Shown here: in pieces, positions 40,201-48,176 of the stretch
How positions within the stretch are numbered: position 1 is the stretch's first letter
Layout: every line of letters starts with the position of its first letter
DNA from: an uncultured Alphaproteobacteria bacterium
Lineage (GTDB): Bacteria; Pseudomonadota; Alphaproteobacteria; RF32; CAG-239
Length of the DNA: 64,000 nt
Reading direction: 5' to 3'
Assembly (NCBI GenBank): GCA_934271195.1
Contig: CAKQRB010000036.1
Location: 8,171 to 72,170 of the forward strand
The notes under the pieces: generated by a model
Seen by the model: the letters and a program-made list of their open reading frames with translations, nothing else
The model's database searches: none
Told to the model about the DNA's origin: nothing
Program-made: the position numbers and the translations under genes

Positions 40201-40610
40201 TCGCCGTTGGCATAGGCCTGCATTTTTTCTTCCATGGCCAGCCGGACTTTGCCATAGCCGAGTACAGCATCTTCATTGCCTTCAGCTGCCGCTGTCCGCA
40301 ACACATTGTTCATTTCGGCTAAATCATTCGGATTCAAATTGTACAATTCTTTGCCGTCAGCCGCCTTAATCGCATCTTCAAGCTTCATCGGCTCTTTTTG
40401 CTCAACAACGGCCGCTTCCTGCTCCGGCTCTTTGAACTTGTCGGCATGAGCCTGAGCTTCCGTAGTTTGGGGAGCATAAACATCGCTGAGAACAGCTTTT
40501 TGTTCTCCGTCAAGGGAATCCCAGGTTGCACCTTCCGGCAAAGGCTTGCCGGTTTCATTCTCATAATAGTCCCGCTGTTCCTGAGTCAATACATTAGATT
40601 CATCAGCCAT
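37278..40610 (-). CDS. Giant hypothetical protein P1 (1110 aa), paralog of the next gene
   Basis: This is one long uninterrupted ORF with a GGAG RBS and no Sec signal. It has a helical N-terminal ~620 aa and central Gly/Ala-rich hydrophobic hairpins (AAWSGAYYAAGAAFGPAGVAVVATASLA, MALAGAAMTALGAATAGMAAV, AMGAAGIAGAGTAWAVIAG). These are followed by two DxNxDGISDYI motifs and an acidic Pro/Gln-rich tail. Confidence 0.7.
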   Translation of the reverse strand: MADESNVLTQEQRDYYENETGKPLPEGATWDSLDGEQKAVLSDVYAPQTTEAQAHADKFKEPEQEAAVVEQKEPMKLEDAIKAADGKELYNLNPNDLAEMNNVLRTAAAEGNEDAVLGYGKVRLAMEEKMQAYANGEIETPIEWAGGMQAMLRAAKERLPEKEPYQEEPITGMHTVTAQNISKDKDKDLSELSLHDLAALKVEMDKNPEGFDKQRVDEAVGRRLNDIAAMGKNDFIKKEDLAAAQVLLDAIPMSNRRESAGKAFEIFTKVEGKLYDSRKVVNGTFDEPRITELAEACEGKLKEFTETYDKEHGLAMMTSEDAERVSENIAAMSEMGKDALDKAEYKEEPVKPMSKDEAEKAMAELRQGKDFDMKTLASLSASNAFGTMGPDAEALEKAIAAKLTKVGKEVPADELSSMDFLLEKASHLSESMFPAKKYEKAKGILDKNRKEAQTNPKPKHPEMADAMALFDNLEITDGVKMTGKAKSKDNDELKAQLLESIRLQTMESMAGTKPGPIEPAEFNKEFAANIVAEVSRLAGVESVVAGGSKAIDDYAKGHKIQVGKGALLGYLAAQSEAREGFAARLESKVGKGNAGVAKLREQGKNLDDKTAKNAAPKQYAMLKSLAKTAAWSGAYYAAGAAFGPAGVAVVATASLANQALKLRKEYKKQKEEMAKKGKKLKLWSFLKNNKMALAGAAMTALGAATAGMAAVDLAPEVVKSLTNAKATSGIALGVGSTIKAFREVRKAGGSVWKAMGAAGIAGAGTAWAVIAGQTSHEATTTVDSTVSEAPAMVDENNNGISDYIERPTEQQTPPMLDKNNDGISDYIDRDGGEGWANEPEKPAVEQEAPVQEPQAQETPSQESVVQQETERPDLTATPLEAGAIAGLETEQPDIAGVNEQMQAQAEANKIYGVQDPVSGKTVEFSLGDNGEIQTHNAEEIGLLGSEQLHEAIAVRIGQEAGHFSDRELAFLEKNLSSEQYSDVMLADAQIRGEQDAQLFAQEAEKTFGNPQDAHTAEQSVAETQPAAGKPDVEKLNEELQTMVHGDKAAEQQPQELSRAEKLEALRQGKSVEEATAAKSVSNEPNMAQNTLKTPPLPNRDIDPRGGGYSA

Positions 40611-40646
40611 GGTTCTTACTCCAAAATATTTAACTTAATATAATTT

Positions 40647-40675
40647 ATTGTACCAAAATCATTTCTTTTGTACAA
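40647..40675 (-). promoter_or_regulatory. Candidate sigma-70 promoter for P1
   Basis: On the minus strand the sequence reads TTGTAC-N17-TACAAT, about 35 nt upstream of the GGAG RBS and ATG of P1. Confidence 0.4.
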
Positions 40676-40771
40676 TATTTTTTGTCAACAAAAAGACGCT
40701 ATTAACAGTAATGTAACATTTATCTCAAGCATAACGGTAAAATTTAAATTATTCATTAAAAACCTGACATC

Positions 40772-40803
40772 AAAAAAAGAGCCGCAAATTTCTCCGCAGC
40801 TCT
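40772..40803 (-). terminator. Intrinsic terminator downstream of P2
   Basis: The stem AGAGCCGC / GCAGCTCT has one mismatch. On the minus strand it is followed by a 7-T run. It lies about 30 nt past the P2 stop. Confidence 0.55.
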
Positions 40804-40833
40804 TTCTCTTTTTGTTAGGAATTTTTAAGATGA

Positions 40834-43710
40834 TTAATAATCCCAACTGTTACTTTTAGCCTTCATTTTAGCCATTTTTGCAGCTTCTTTCTCAGCCTTT
40901 GCCGCCTCTTTGGCAGCTTCTTTTTCGGCTTTTGCGGCTTCTTTGGCAGCCTGCTTCTCAGCTTTTTCCGTTTCTTTTTCAAGCTGACGCATTTCTTTGT
41001 CTGTCATCAGGCCGTCCGGATCTTTGCGATAAGCTTCCAGTAACAGTTCACGGTCAACATTCTGGTTAATGGCAATATAACCTTTGTCATCAATAAACAG
41101 ACCGCGTTTGGCCAGATGCTTGTCCATCCAATCCATCCATTCCTCAGCGCCTTTAATAGTTTCGCCTTCGGACAGACGATTATGCAGGTCATAATAAACC
41201 TCGCTGTAAGCCGCATAACGGCGGGACATTGTTTCCGGCTTGTCGGTAAAGCCTTCCAAATGGGCAGCCACTTCATCGGCATATTTGTCTTCCGGCATTT
41301 CATACTGAATTTGTGCCGCACCGTTATAGAAGCTATACTCAACCTTACCGCCGTTAGCCATTGCAATTTTTCCGGCGACGGCATCTGCCTCAATTATCGG
41401 ATTAGGCTCGCCTTTGTTGCCGTCAACGTCATAATCATAACCCTGAGCGGCTTCTTTCTCAGGAATAGGCGCATCATAAAAGTCATAATCATAACCTTTG
41501 ATTTTATCCTGAGAAACATTGTCAAGCGTAACATGTTCCACAATCTTGCCCTTATAAATCTTGGCCGGATCTGTTTCTTGTGCAGGCTCTACAGGTTGAA
41601 CAGGCTCTACAGGCTCAGGTTCAACAGGTTCTGCCGGCTCTGGATTAACAGGCGCATTATCAACCGGCTCCGGCTGTGTCGGTTCCGGATTGCAGCGGGC
41701 AAAATCGTCAGCCAATCTGACACCGCCGGTATTTTGCGTATTTTCCCAGCACAGCGGATTACCGTGATTGTCATAAGAATTCATACCGCGGGCAATATCA
41801 ATATAATCATTTTGTGTCAACTGGCCGCCGCAGGCTTTCTCAATCATGTCGACCAAAACTCTCTGTTCGGGAATATTATTGGCCTTCATAATGGCATATT
41901 TATAAACAAATTCTTCTTTGTTATCAATACCTTCAAAGTCACCCAGATTCAAAACCGGCTTATCACCTTCAAACAAGCCGTACAAAGCATTGGTTAAATC
42001 ATCGCCGAGGAAGTGACGGTTACGATTGTCCCAAAACTCTGTATGCAGGGTATGATCTCTGGCCTGAGCCTCAATCTTGCCGTTGCAGTCGCCGTCGTCG
42101 ATATTCTGTTCTGCACTCTGCTGCTGATTGCCACGCAAAGCATTTTCAATCTCCTCACACGGATCCTGTTCCGTACCGGCTGTTGTCGTTGTATCCGCAC
42201 CGTCGGAAACTTGTGTGGAACCTTCTGCCGCGCTGCTTTGAGCGGCTGGATCGACTTTGGCCTCGTTCAAATCTCTGCCATCCGGCAAAGTCAGGCCGCT
42301 TTTCTCGGAAACATCAGAATCCGACCGAACGGCTCCGGACATCACATGATAGTTCACGACAAATGCCAGCGCCGTCAAACCGGCTTTTAGCCATGCCTGT
42401 TTTTGGCCTTCGCCTTTATTATAGGCATCTTTGATATCCACGGCATTCTTCAGAGCAACCGTACCATAAGCAAGCGTTGCACGCGTTTTGCTGGCATATC
42501 CGATCAGCGAATTGACCGTTGTCGAATTCAACTGTCCGCCGGCAGCCTGCAAAGCGGCATTTCCGGCATTATAACCGGCCACGCCCAAAGCCAGAACACC
42601 GGAAACCGCGGTCAAAGCATTCAGCTTGTTGTCTTTCAGAAAAGCGCCGAATGTCTTATACTCTTTCCGGCTGTTTTTCCAAGACTGAACCATCGGTTTC
42701 ATACCGTTATAAGAAGCATACACACCATATGCAGCCAGACCGGCCGGCCCGAGGGCACCGGCAGCCAGCAGCATTCCGGTACTTGCGCCGATATTGGATA
42801 CAACCTTAATCGCCGTTTTGGCAGCGTTATAACGCTTACCGTATTTTTTGGACCATTTGTCATCCAGCTGCGAAATTTTCTTGTTCAGTTTGGCCAATAC
42901 AGGAATATTGCCCAGTTTGGTTTTAATGCGATCTTTAATGCTTTCAGTTCTGTCCAGCGTTGTCGCCAGATAACCCATAACAGCATCGCCGTTAACTTTA
43001 AGCGTGCTGTTTTCTTTATCCGTAACGGCAATAGCCTGATCCAAAGTTGCCTTAATTGACATGTCCAAAGACTTGTTGGCTTCTGCGCCGGCTTTTGAAA
43101 TGGCAGTACCGGTCAGCATACTGTAAACGGCCAGCTCAATATTGCTCTTCAAATTCTCGACATATTTGGCCTCGTCAAGTTTTCCGTCAACCAAACTGTC
43201 CGTATAAGCATTCAGTCTGACGGCCTCCAAAACATCTGTCTTTGTATCTTGGTCAAGATCCATTCTGTCAAGAAGCTTCCGCCCGTTTGACTCAAATTTG
43301 CTGTCTGCAATATCATGCTTTTGCTCAAATTCTTCAAGCTTGGCGGCATTGGTTTTAATCGTCTCGGCATCAACGTTAACGTCATTAAGCTTTTTATAAA
43401 CATCAAAAGCTTCCTGCGCGGTCTTGCCGCTGGTCATGCCTTTAATAGCCTCACCGTCCGCATCTTTGCCGTAAATTTTAATCAGCTCCTCAAAAACATC
43501 CATATCTTTGGGATTGAGTTGATAAATACCTTCGGCAAACTGCGCCATCATATTTGTTCCGACAAAATCCTTCAATTTGGCAAAAGCTTCGACACCTTCT
43601 TTTCCTGCTGCCGGCAAAGTTTTAGCCAAATTAACCAAATCATCGTTGGAAAAGGCTTCAAACTCCCCGTCGTTAATCATCTGAATTGCATTTTGAGCAT
43701 CTATAGCCAT
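40834..43710 (-). CDS. Giant hypothetical protein P2 (~958 aa), paralog of P1
   Basis: I place the start at the ATG after TAGGAG (MAIDAQNAIQ). It shares sequence blocks with P1 (see findings). The central hydrophobic hairpins include IGASTGMLLAAGALGPAGLAAYGVYASY. It also has a Cys-containing middle domain, a PEPV-type proline repeat and an AKEAAKAEKE tail repeat. Confidence 0.7.
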   Translation of the reverse strand: MAIDAQNAIQMINDGEFEAFSNDDLVNLAKTLPAAGKEGVEAFAKLKDFVGTNMMAQFAEGIYQLNPKDMDVFEELIKIYGKDADGEAIKGMTSGKTAQEAFDVYKKLNDVNVDAETIKTNAAKLEEFEQKHDIADSKFESNGRKLLDRMDLDQDTKTDVLEAVRLNAYTDSLVDGKLDEAKYVENLKSNIELAVYSMLTGTAISKAGAEANKSLDMSIKATLDQAIAVTDKENSTLKVNGDAVMGYLATTLDRTESIKDRIKTKLGNIPVLAKLNKKISQLDDKWSKKYGKRYNAAKTAIKVVSNIGASTGMLLAAGALGPAGLAAYGVYASYNGMKPMVQSWKNSRKEYKTFGAFLKDNKLNALTAVSGVLALGVAGYNAGNAALQAAGGQLNSTTVNSLIGYASKTRATLAYGTVALKNAVDIKDAYNKGEGQKQAWLKAGLTALAFVVNYHVMSGAVRSDSDVSEKSGLTLPDGRDLNEAKVDPAAQSSAAEGSTQVSDGADTTTTAGTEQDPCEEIENALRGNQQQSAEQNIDDGDCNGKIEAQARDHTLHTEFWDNRNRHFLGDDLTNALYGLFEGDKPVLNLGDFEGIDNKEEFVYKYAIMKANNIPEQRVLVDMIEKACGGQLTQNDYIDIARGMNSYDNHGNPLCWENTQNTGGVRLADDFARCNPEPTQPEPVDNAPVNPEPAEPVEPEPVEPVQPVEPAQETDPAKIYKGKIVEHVTLDNVSQDKIKGYDYDFYDAPIPEKEAAQGYDYDVDGNKGEPNPIIEADAVAGKIAMANGGKVEYSFYNGAAQIQYEMPEDKYADEVAAHLEGFTDKPETMSRRYAAYSEVYYDLHNRLSEGETIKGAEEWMDWMDKHLAKRGLFIDDKGYIAINQNVDRELLLEAYRKDPDGLMTDKEMRQLEKETEKAEKQAAKEAAKAEKEAAKEAAKAEKEAAKMAKMKAKSNSWDY
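40881..40975 (-). repeat. Roughly 2.8 copies of a 33-bp in-frame tandem repeat at the 3' end of P2
   Basis: Plus-strand units are GCAGCTTCTTTCTCAGCCTTTGCCGCCTCTTTG, GCAGCTTCTTTTTCGGCTTTTGCGGCTTCTTTG and GCAGCCTGCTTCTCAGC... These encode (AKEAAKAEKEA)n. Confidence 0.7.
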
Positions 43711-43758
43711 TTTAAAAACTCCTAACAAAATTCTACTTGACGCGATAATAACGCATTT

Positions 43759-43787
43759 TTTAGAATATTTCAACAACTTTTTGTCAA
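43759..43787 (-). promoter_or_regulatory. Candidate sigma-70 promoter for P2
   Basis: On the minus strand the sequence reads TTGACA-N17-TCTAAA, about 50 nt upstream of the P2 start. Confidence 0.35.
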
Positions 43788-43918
43788 ATCAATCTAAAAA
43801 AATACGTTTTCGGTCAAAAATTTCTCTAATTAATTAAAATTATAACCGAATTTAATTAAAATATCTTTTATCTATATGGTTTTCTGCGGTTTTCAGGAAT
43901 CGAATCGGCATTTTTTCA

Positions 43919-43954
43919 CAAAAAAATCCCTGAACACCATGCTCAGGGATTTTT
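43919..43954. terminator. Intrinsic terminator downstream of the S66 peptidase gene (bidirectional geometry)
   Basis: The stem ATCCCTGA / TCAGGGAT has a 9-nt loop, an A-run on one side and TTTT on the other. It starts 4 nt past the stop at 43958. Confidence 0.7.
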
Positions 43955-43957
43955 ACT

Positions 43958-44953
43958 TCAGGCTTTTACCATTAACTGCATCAACTCCGCATCCATACGG
44001 CATTCTCCGCCAATCGGCAACGTTAAAAGCGGCGTAGTATGGCCAAAATCAACATTGGCAATAACCGGCAGCCGATTCAGTGCTTTTTTGCTTTTTATAA
44101 TATACTCAAGCTTTTCTTTTGTCACATTGGAGGCCTTTTGAAAACGTCCGATAACAATCCCGCTCACGTTTTCAAAATCCGGCTGATAAATCAGCGCCTG
44201 CAGATGCCGCTCAAAATCGCCGGCATCCGTCGCCTCGCTGGTAAAACATTCTTCAACAAACAAAACGGTATTTTTCTCAAATGCCGGCCGATAAGAAGAC
44301 CCGAGCAGCAAATCAAACGTCCCCAGATTGCCGCCGACAATCGTTCCTTCGGCTTTTCCGGCATTAATCACATGCCAGCCGTCGTTCTTAATAAAATGGC
44401 GCTCTTCCTGATTGATAAACCACAGATCATCACTCCAGAAGTCTGATGGCTTAACCTCGTTTTCCTGACTGCCAAAAATCATTTTTTTCAAATTTTCCAG
44501 CATATATTCGGCTCCTTTTTTCATCCCCAGCGAGCTGAAATGCGGACCTGAAAAAGTCACCAACCCCGTCTTGGCATAAATGCCGTTTAACAACGCCGTA
44601 ATATCGGAAAAGCCGCAAAAGATTTTCGGATTTTGCCGGATAAGCTCATAATCCAAATACGGCAGAAGCTGATTCGAATTGCTTCCGCCAATCACCGTAA
44701 ATACGGCCTTCACGTTTTTATCTCCGAAAGCCTCGTTCAAATCATCGGCCCGCTTTTCCACATCTGCGGAACCAAACATATCCCAGTTTTCATCTGTGGT
44801 ATTTTTGCCAAAAGTTACCTTCAGCCCCATTTCTTCAAACCGAGCCTTAGCAAGCTCGCGGCTGTCCTGTCCAATCAGTCTCAGCCCTCTGGCCGGCGCC
44901 ACAATCCGGACCTCATCACCTGCTTTCAACACCTGCGGTACAATCTTTTTCAT
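43958..44953 (-). CDS. S66-family LD-carboxypeptidase (LdcA/MccF-like)
   Basis: The 331-aa ORF has the nucleophile context GFSDITAL and the His context DFGHTTP, with an N-terminal VRIVAPA strand. Confidence 0.85.
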   Translation of the reverse strand: MKKIVPQVLKAGDEVRIVAPARGLRLIGQDSRELAKARFEEMGLKVTFGKNTTDENWDMFGSADVEKRADDLNEAFGDKNVKAVFTVIGGSNSNQLLPYLDYELIRQNPKIFCGFSDITALLNGIYAKTGLVTFSGPHFSSLGMKKGAEYMLENLKKMIFGSQENEVKPSDFWSDDLWFINQEERHFIKNDGWHVINAGKAEGTIVGGNLGTFDLLLGSSYRPAFEKNTVLFVEECFTSEATDAGDFERHLQALIYQPDFENVSGIVIGRFQKASNVTKEKLEYIIKSKKALNRLPVIANVDFGHTTPLLTLPIGGECRMDAELMQLMVKA

Positions 44954-45013
44954 TTTTCCTCCTTACTGAAAATCTTTTGACCTGATTTTATTACAGCTTA
45001 ATCAAAATTTCTA

Positions 45014-45042
45014 TTGCATTTAAGTTTATTCGTAATTATTAT
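45014..45042 (+). promoter_or_regulatory. Candidate sigma-70 promoter of umuDC
   Basis: TTGCAT (45014-19) -N17- TATTAT (45037-42). The SOS box begins 3 nt downstream of the -10 element. Confidence 0.45.
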
Positions 45043-45044
45043 AA

Positions 45045-45059
45045 GAACAAAACAAGAAC
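45045..45059 (+). promoter_or_regulatory. Alphaproteobacterial-type LexA operator (SOS box)
   Basis: GAAC AAAACAA GAAC is an exact GAAC-N7-GAAC direct repeat, the complement of GTTC-N7-GTTC. It lies 17 nt upstream of the umuD ATG. Confidence 0.65.
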
Positions 45060-45076
45060 ATAACAATGAGAATACC

Positions 45077-45445
45077 ATGCCTGCTTTTCATTCCTCTCAT
45101 GATGGCACTTTTGACTTTTCGGAAAACGTCTACACCTCCCCGTTGGATATAAACCGCCATTTAATCTCTCATCCGGCCGCCACCTATTTTTTGCGTATGG
45201 AAAGCGATTCTCTCAGACAGGACGGTATTCTCCGCAACGATACGCTGGTCGTTGACCGTACACTGCCGCCGACCTCCGGCAGCCTGATTGTGGCAGAGCT
45301 CAACGGCGAACTTCTTGCTCGTCGTTTGCAAATATTCTCCGGTCGGACAACCCTGTTGTGTTCCGACGGCGCCGCCCGCACGATTTCCGCTTCTGACACT
45401 TTTTCGGTCTGGGGCGTTATAACCGCAAGTTTCAGAAAGTACTGA
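45077..45445 (+). CDS. umuD: UmuD-like S24 peptidase-family protein (Pol V accessory subunit homolog)
   Basis: The protein is 122 aa from the ATG at 45077. It aligns by eye to E. coli UmuD (HPAATYFLRMESDSL / HPSATYFVKASGDSM; VVDRTL / IVDSAI; GELLARRLQI / GEFTVKKLQL). Confidence 0.8.
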   Translation: MPAFHSSHDGTFDFSENVYTSPLDINRHLISHPAATYFLRMESDSLRQDGILRNDTLVVDRTLPPTSGSLIVAELNGELLARRLQIFSGRTTLLCSDGAARTISASDTFSVWGVITASFRKY

Positions 45446-45446
45446 C

Positions 45447-46697
45447 ATGTTTTTCCTGTTTGACTGCGACAACTTTTTTGTTTCCTGCGAAAGAATATTC
45501 CGTCCGGATTTGAAAAAACGTCCGGTTATCGTTCTGTCCAGTAATGACGGCTGCGTGGTTTCCCGCTCTTATGAAGCCAAAGCCCTGCCGATAGCCATGG
45601 GAACACCTTACTTCAAAATTGAAAAAATGTTCCGTGCCGCCGGCGGCGTTGCGCTGTCTTCAAATTTTGAGCTCTATTCGGACATCTCGCGCCGCGTTAT
45701 GAATCTGATACGTCAGAGCTGCGACACCATACAAGTCTATTCTATCGACGAAGCCTTTGCCCGCCTTCCCGATACCGGCATAAACAATTTTCAACAGGCC
45801 GCAAACATCAGACACCGGATTCTAAAAGAAATCGGCATCCCTGTTTCAATCGGCATTGCTCCGACCAAAACCCTTTGCAAAATCGCGTCTTCTTTAGCCA
45901 AAAGCAAAGCCTTTAACAAAGTGGAAATTTTAACAGATCCGCAAAGGATCCGCCAGACGCTGAATAATTTTGAAGTCAAAAATATCTGGGGCATCGGCAG
46001 CCGCCTGACACCGAAACTCAATTTTCTGGGCATATTTACCGCGCTTGAGCTCCAAAATTCACCGCTGAAAATGATTCGCAGGAACTTTGGCATTCCGCTG
46101 GAAAAAACCGTTATGGAACTGAACGGCCACCCTTGTCTGGATATCAAGCGGGAAGAAACGGCGCAAAGTATAACCGTCTCCCGCAGCTTTGAACACGAAA
46201 TCTCAAACTTCGAACAGCTCGAAGCTATCATTACCGGCTTTACCGACACAGCCTGCCGCCGGCTGCGTGCCCAAAATGCCGCCGCCAAAGAAATTGCCGT
46301 TTTTTTGAAAACAAATCGCTTCAAAAATCAAAGAGAAAGCGGTGGCTCTTATCTTGTTTCGCTCGGCGGCCCCTGTATCCATACCGGACGTTTTATTGCC
46401 GCCATGAAATACGGGCTAGAGCAAATATTCTCGCCGCAGGAAGCCTACAAATCAGCAGGCATAACCCTACTGGCAATAGAAAATGCCGACACTCTCCAAA
46501 CCTCTTTGTTTGAAAAATCCGCTTTGCCGCCGAAAGAACAAAAACTCATGCAGGCATTCGACAGCCTAAACGCCAAACTCGGTACCCATAGTGTTTTCTT
46601 TGCCGCTCAGGCATTGGCTCCGCAAAAATTTGTCCGCAGCAATTTCCATTCTCCGGCTTACACAACCTCATGGCAGTCACTGGCCAGCGTACACTGA
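45447..46697 (+). CDS. umuC: Y-family DNA polymerase V catalytic subunit
   Basis: The 416-aa ORF starts FFLFDCDNFFVSCERIFRPDL ... PVIVLSSNDGCVVSRS, typical of UmuC. It starts 2 nt after the umuD stop. Confidence 0.9.
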   Translation: MFFLFDCDNFFVSCERIFRPDLKKRPVIVLSSNDGCVVSRSYEAKALPIAMGTPYFKIEKMFRAAGGVALSSNFELYSDISRRVMNLIRQSCDTIQVYSIDEAFARLPDTGINNFQQAANIRHRILKEIGIPVSIGIAPTKTLCKIASSLAKSKAFNKVEILTDPQRIRQTLNNFEVKNIWGIGSRLTPKLNFLGIFTALELQNSPLKMIRRNFGIPLEKTVMELNGHPCLDIKREETAQSITVSRSFEHEISNFEQLEAIITGFTDTACRRLRAQNAAAKEIAVFLKTNRFKNQRESGGSYLVSLGGPCIHTGRFIAAMKYGLEQIFSPQEAYKSAGITLLAIENADTLQTSLFEKSALPPKEQKLMQAFDSLNAKLGTHSVFFAAQALAPQKFVRSNFHSPAYTTSWQSLASVH

Positions 46698-46859
46698 AAT
46701 CAGCGGCAATTTGGCATATTCTGTATTTTCCACTACATTTCCCTCTGAAAAGTTGTCCTGCTCCGACTTATATAAAGCACGTAAACCGCTTTTCAAGTTT
46801 TACCAAATATAAAGGATTAAATGCTACATTTCAGACAATCTGATTTAAGGAGAAAAAAC

Positions 46860-48176
46860 ATGAATTTGGACATTTTGCTGGCGATTGCCGGACTGTTGTT
46901 GATGCTTTGCGTTTTTGCCAACAAAATTTCCGACAAATACGGCATCCCTGCCCTTTTGATTTTTCTGGGGCTCGGCATGCTTGCCGGCTCGGAAGGTGTC
47001 GGCCGTATCGAATTTCACAATGCCCGCCTGACCAATGTCATCGGCACCATCGCCCTGGCCTTTATTCTGTTTTCCGGCGGCTTGGACACCAACTGGCAAA
47101 ACGTCAAAAGCATTACCAAACGCGGCAGCGTTCTGTCCACTGCCGGCGTCTTACTGACCGCCGTTTTTCTCTTTTTGTTCAGCCACGACATTTTGGGACT
47201 GTCCGTTGAAATCTCCATGCTTCTCAGCGTCATTGTATCATCAACCGATGCTCCGGCTGTATTCTCCATTCTGCGGTCACATAATTTAAACGTCCAGCCT
47301 CGCCTGAAAGCCTTGCTGGAATTTGAATCCGGCAGTAACGATCCGATGGCCGTGTTCCTGTCAATGAGTGCCATCGCTTTCATTTCACAAGCCGATTTTG
47401 ACCTCCTCAGTCTGCTTCGGAGTTTCTTCCTGCAAATGTCGCTCGGCATTATTTTGGGACTGACTTTCGGCTTCGGCGCCTGCCGTCTTCTGTCGCAGTT
47501 CAGCCTGCCGTATAAAGGCTTGTACCCTGTTTACGGCGTCGGCGTGGTGTTGCTGAGTTACAGTTTAACCCAGCTTGCCGGCGGCAACGGATTCTTGGCC
47601 GTCTATCTGTCAGGCATTGTCATGGGCAACACCAGCTACCTATACCGCCGCCATATCATCCGCTTTCAGGATTCTCTGGCTTGGATTATGCAAATCAGCA
47701 TGTTCCTGATTCTGGGCTTGTTAGTCAATCCCAATGAGCTTTTTCAGGTCATGCCCGTCAGCTTTGCCTGCACAATCTTTTTGATTTTCATTGCCCGCCC
47801 GCTGGCTGTATGGCTTTGCTTGCTGCGCAGTGACTTCAGCCTTAAAGAACAGATATTTATCGGCTGGGCCGGCTTTAAAGGCGCTGTCCCGATTATTCTG
47901 GCGACCTATCCGCTCATTCGTGGTTTCCCAAATTCTCAATTTCTGTTCAACCTGATTTTCTTTATGGTCATCATCTCCGTGTTGTTTCAGGGCAAAACCC
48001 TTGCGCCGCTGGCTCGCTTGCTCCGTTTAAGTACAGAAAAACCCTTAAATCCTGATTATATTAGTGAAAATGAAGAAGAAGACGATGATGATGAAGAGAG
48101 AGAAGAAAACTTCTCCCGCTTATCATTCCGCAAACTGTTCAGAAAACTGCTGCATAAAGAACCCAAAGAAGAATGA
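46860..48176 (+). CDS. CPA1-family K+/H+ antiporter, NhaP2/CvrA-like, with no recognisable C-terminal regulatory domain
   Basis: The ATG at 46860 follows AAGGAG. The N-terminus reads MNLDILLAIAGLLLMLCVFANKISDKYGIPALLIFLGLGMLAGSEG. About 12 TM segments are followed by only a short acidic tail (ENEEEDDDDEEREE). Confidence 0.8.
   Translation: MNLDILLAIAGLLLMLCVFANKISDKYGIPALLIFLGLGMLAGSEGVGRIEFHNARLTNVIGTIALAFILFSGGLDTNWQNVKSITKRGSVLSTAGVLLTAVFLFLFSHDILGLSVEISMLLSVIVSSTDAPAVFSILRSHNLNVQPRLKALLEFESGSNDPMAVFLSMSAIAFISQADFDLLSLLRSFFLQMSLGIILGLTFGFGACRLLSQFSLPYKGLYPVYGVGVVLLSYSLTQLAGGNGFLAVYLSGIVMGNTSYLYRRHIIRFQDSLAWIMQISMFLILGLLVNPNELFQVMPVSFACTIFLIFIARPLAVWLCLLRSDFSLKEQIFIGWAGFKGAVPIILATYPLIRGFPNSQFLFNLIFFMVIISVLFQGKTLAPLARLLRLSTEKPLNPDYISENEEEDDDDEEREENFSRLSFRKLFRKLLHKEPKEE

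Noticed and set aside
40881-40975. Possible CRISPR-like or non-coding repeat array
   Set aside because: The 33-bp units are directly tandem with no spacers. They lie in frame within the P2 ORF and encode a Lys/Ala/Glu helical repeat.
45014-45076. Longer umuD start (TTG at 45014), as given in the ORF track
   Set aside because: The extension would translate through the promoter hexamers and the LexA box. It adds a hydrophobic, Ile-rich peptide unlike any UmuD N-terminus. The ATG at 45077 gives a product that aligns with UmuD.
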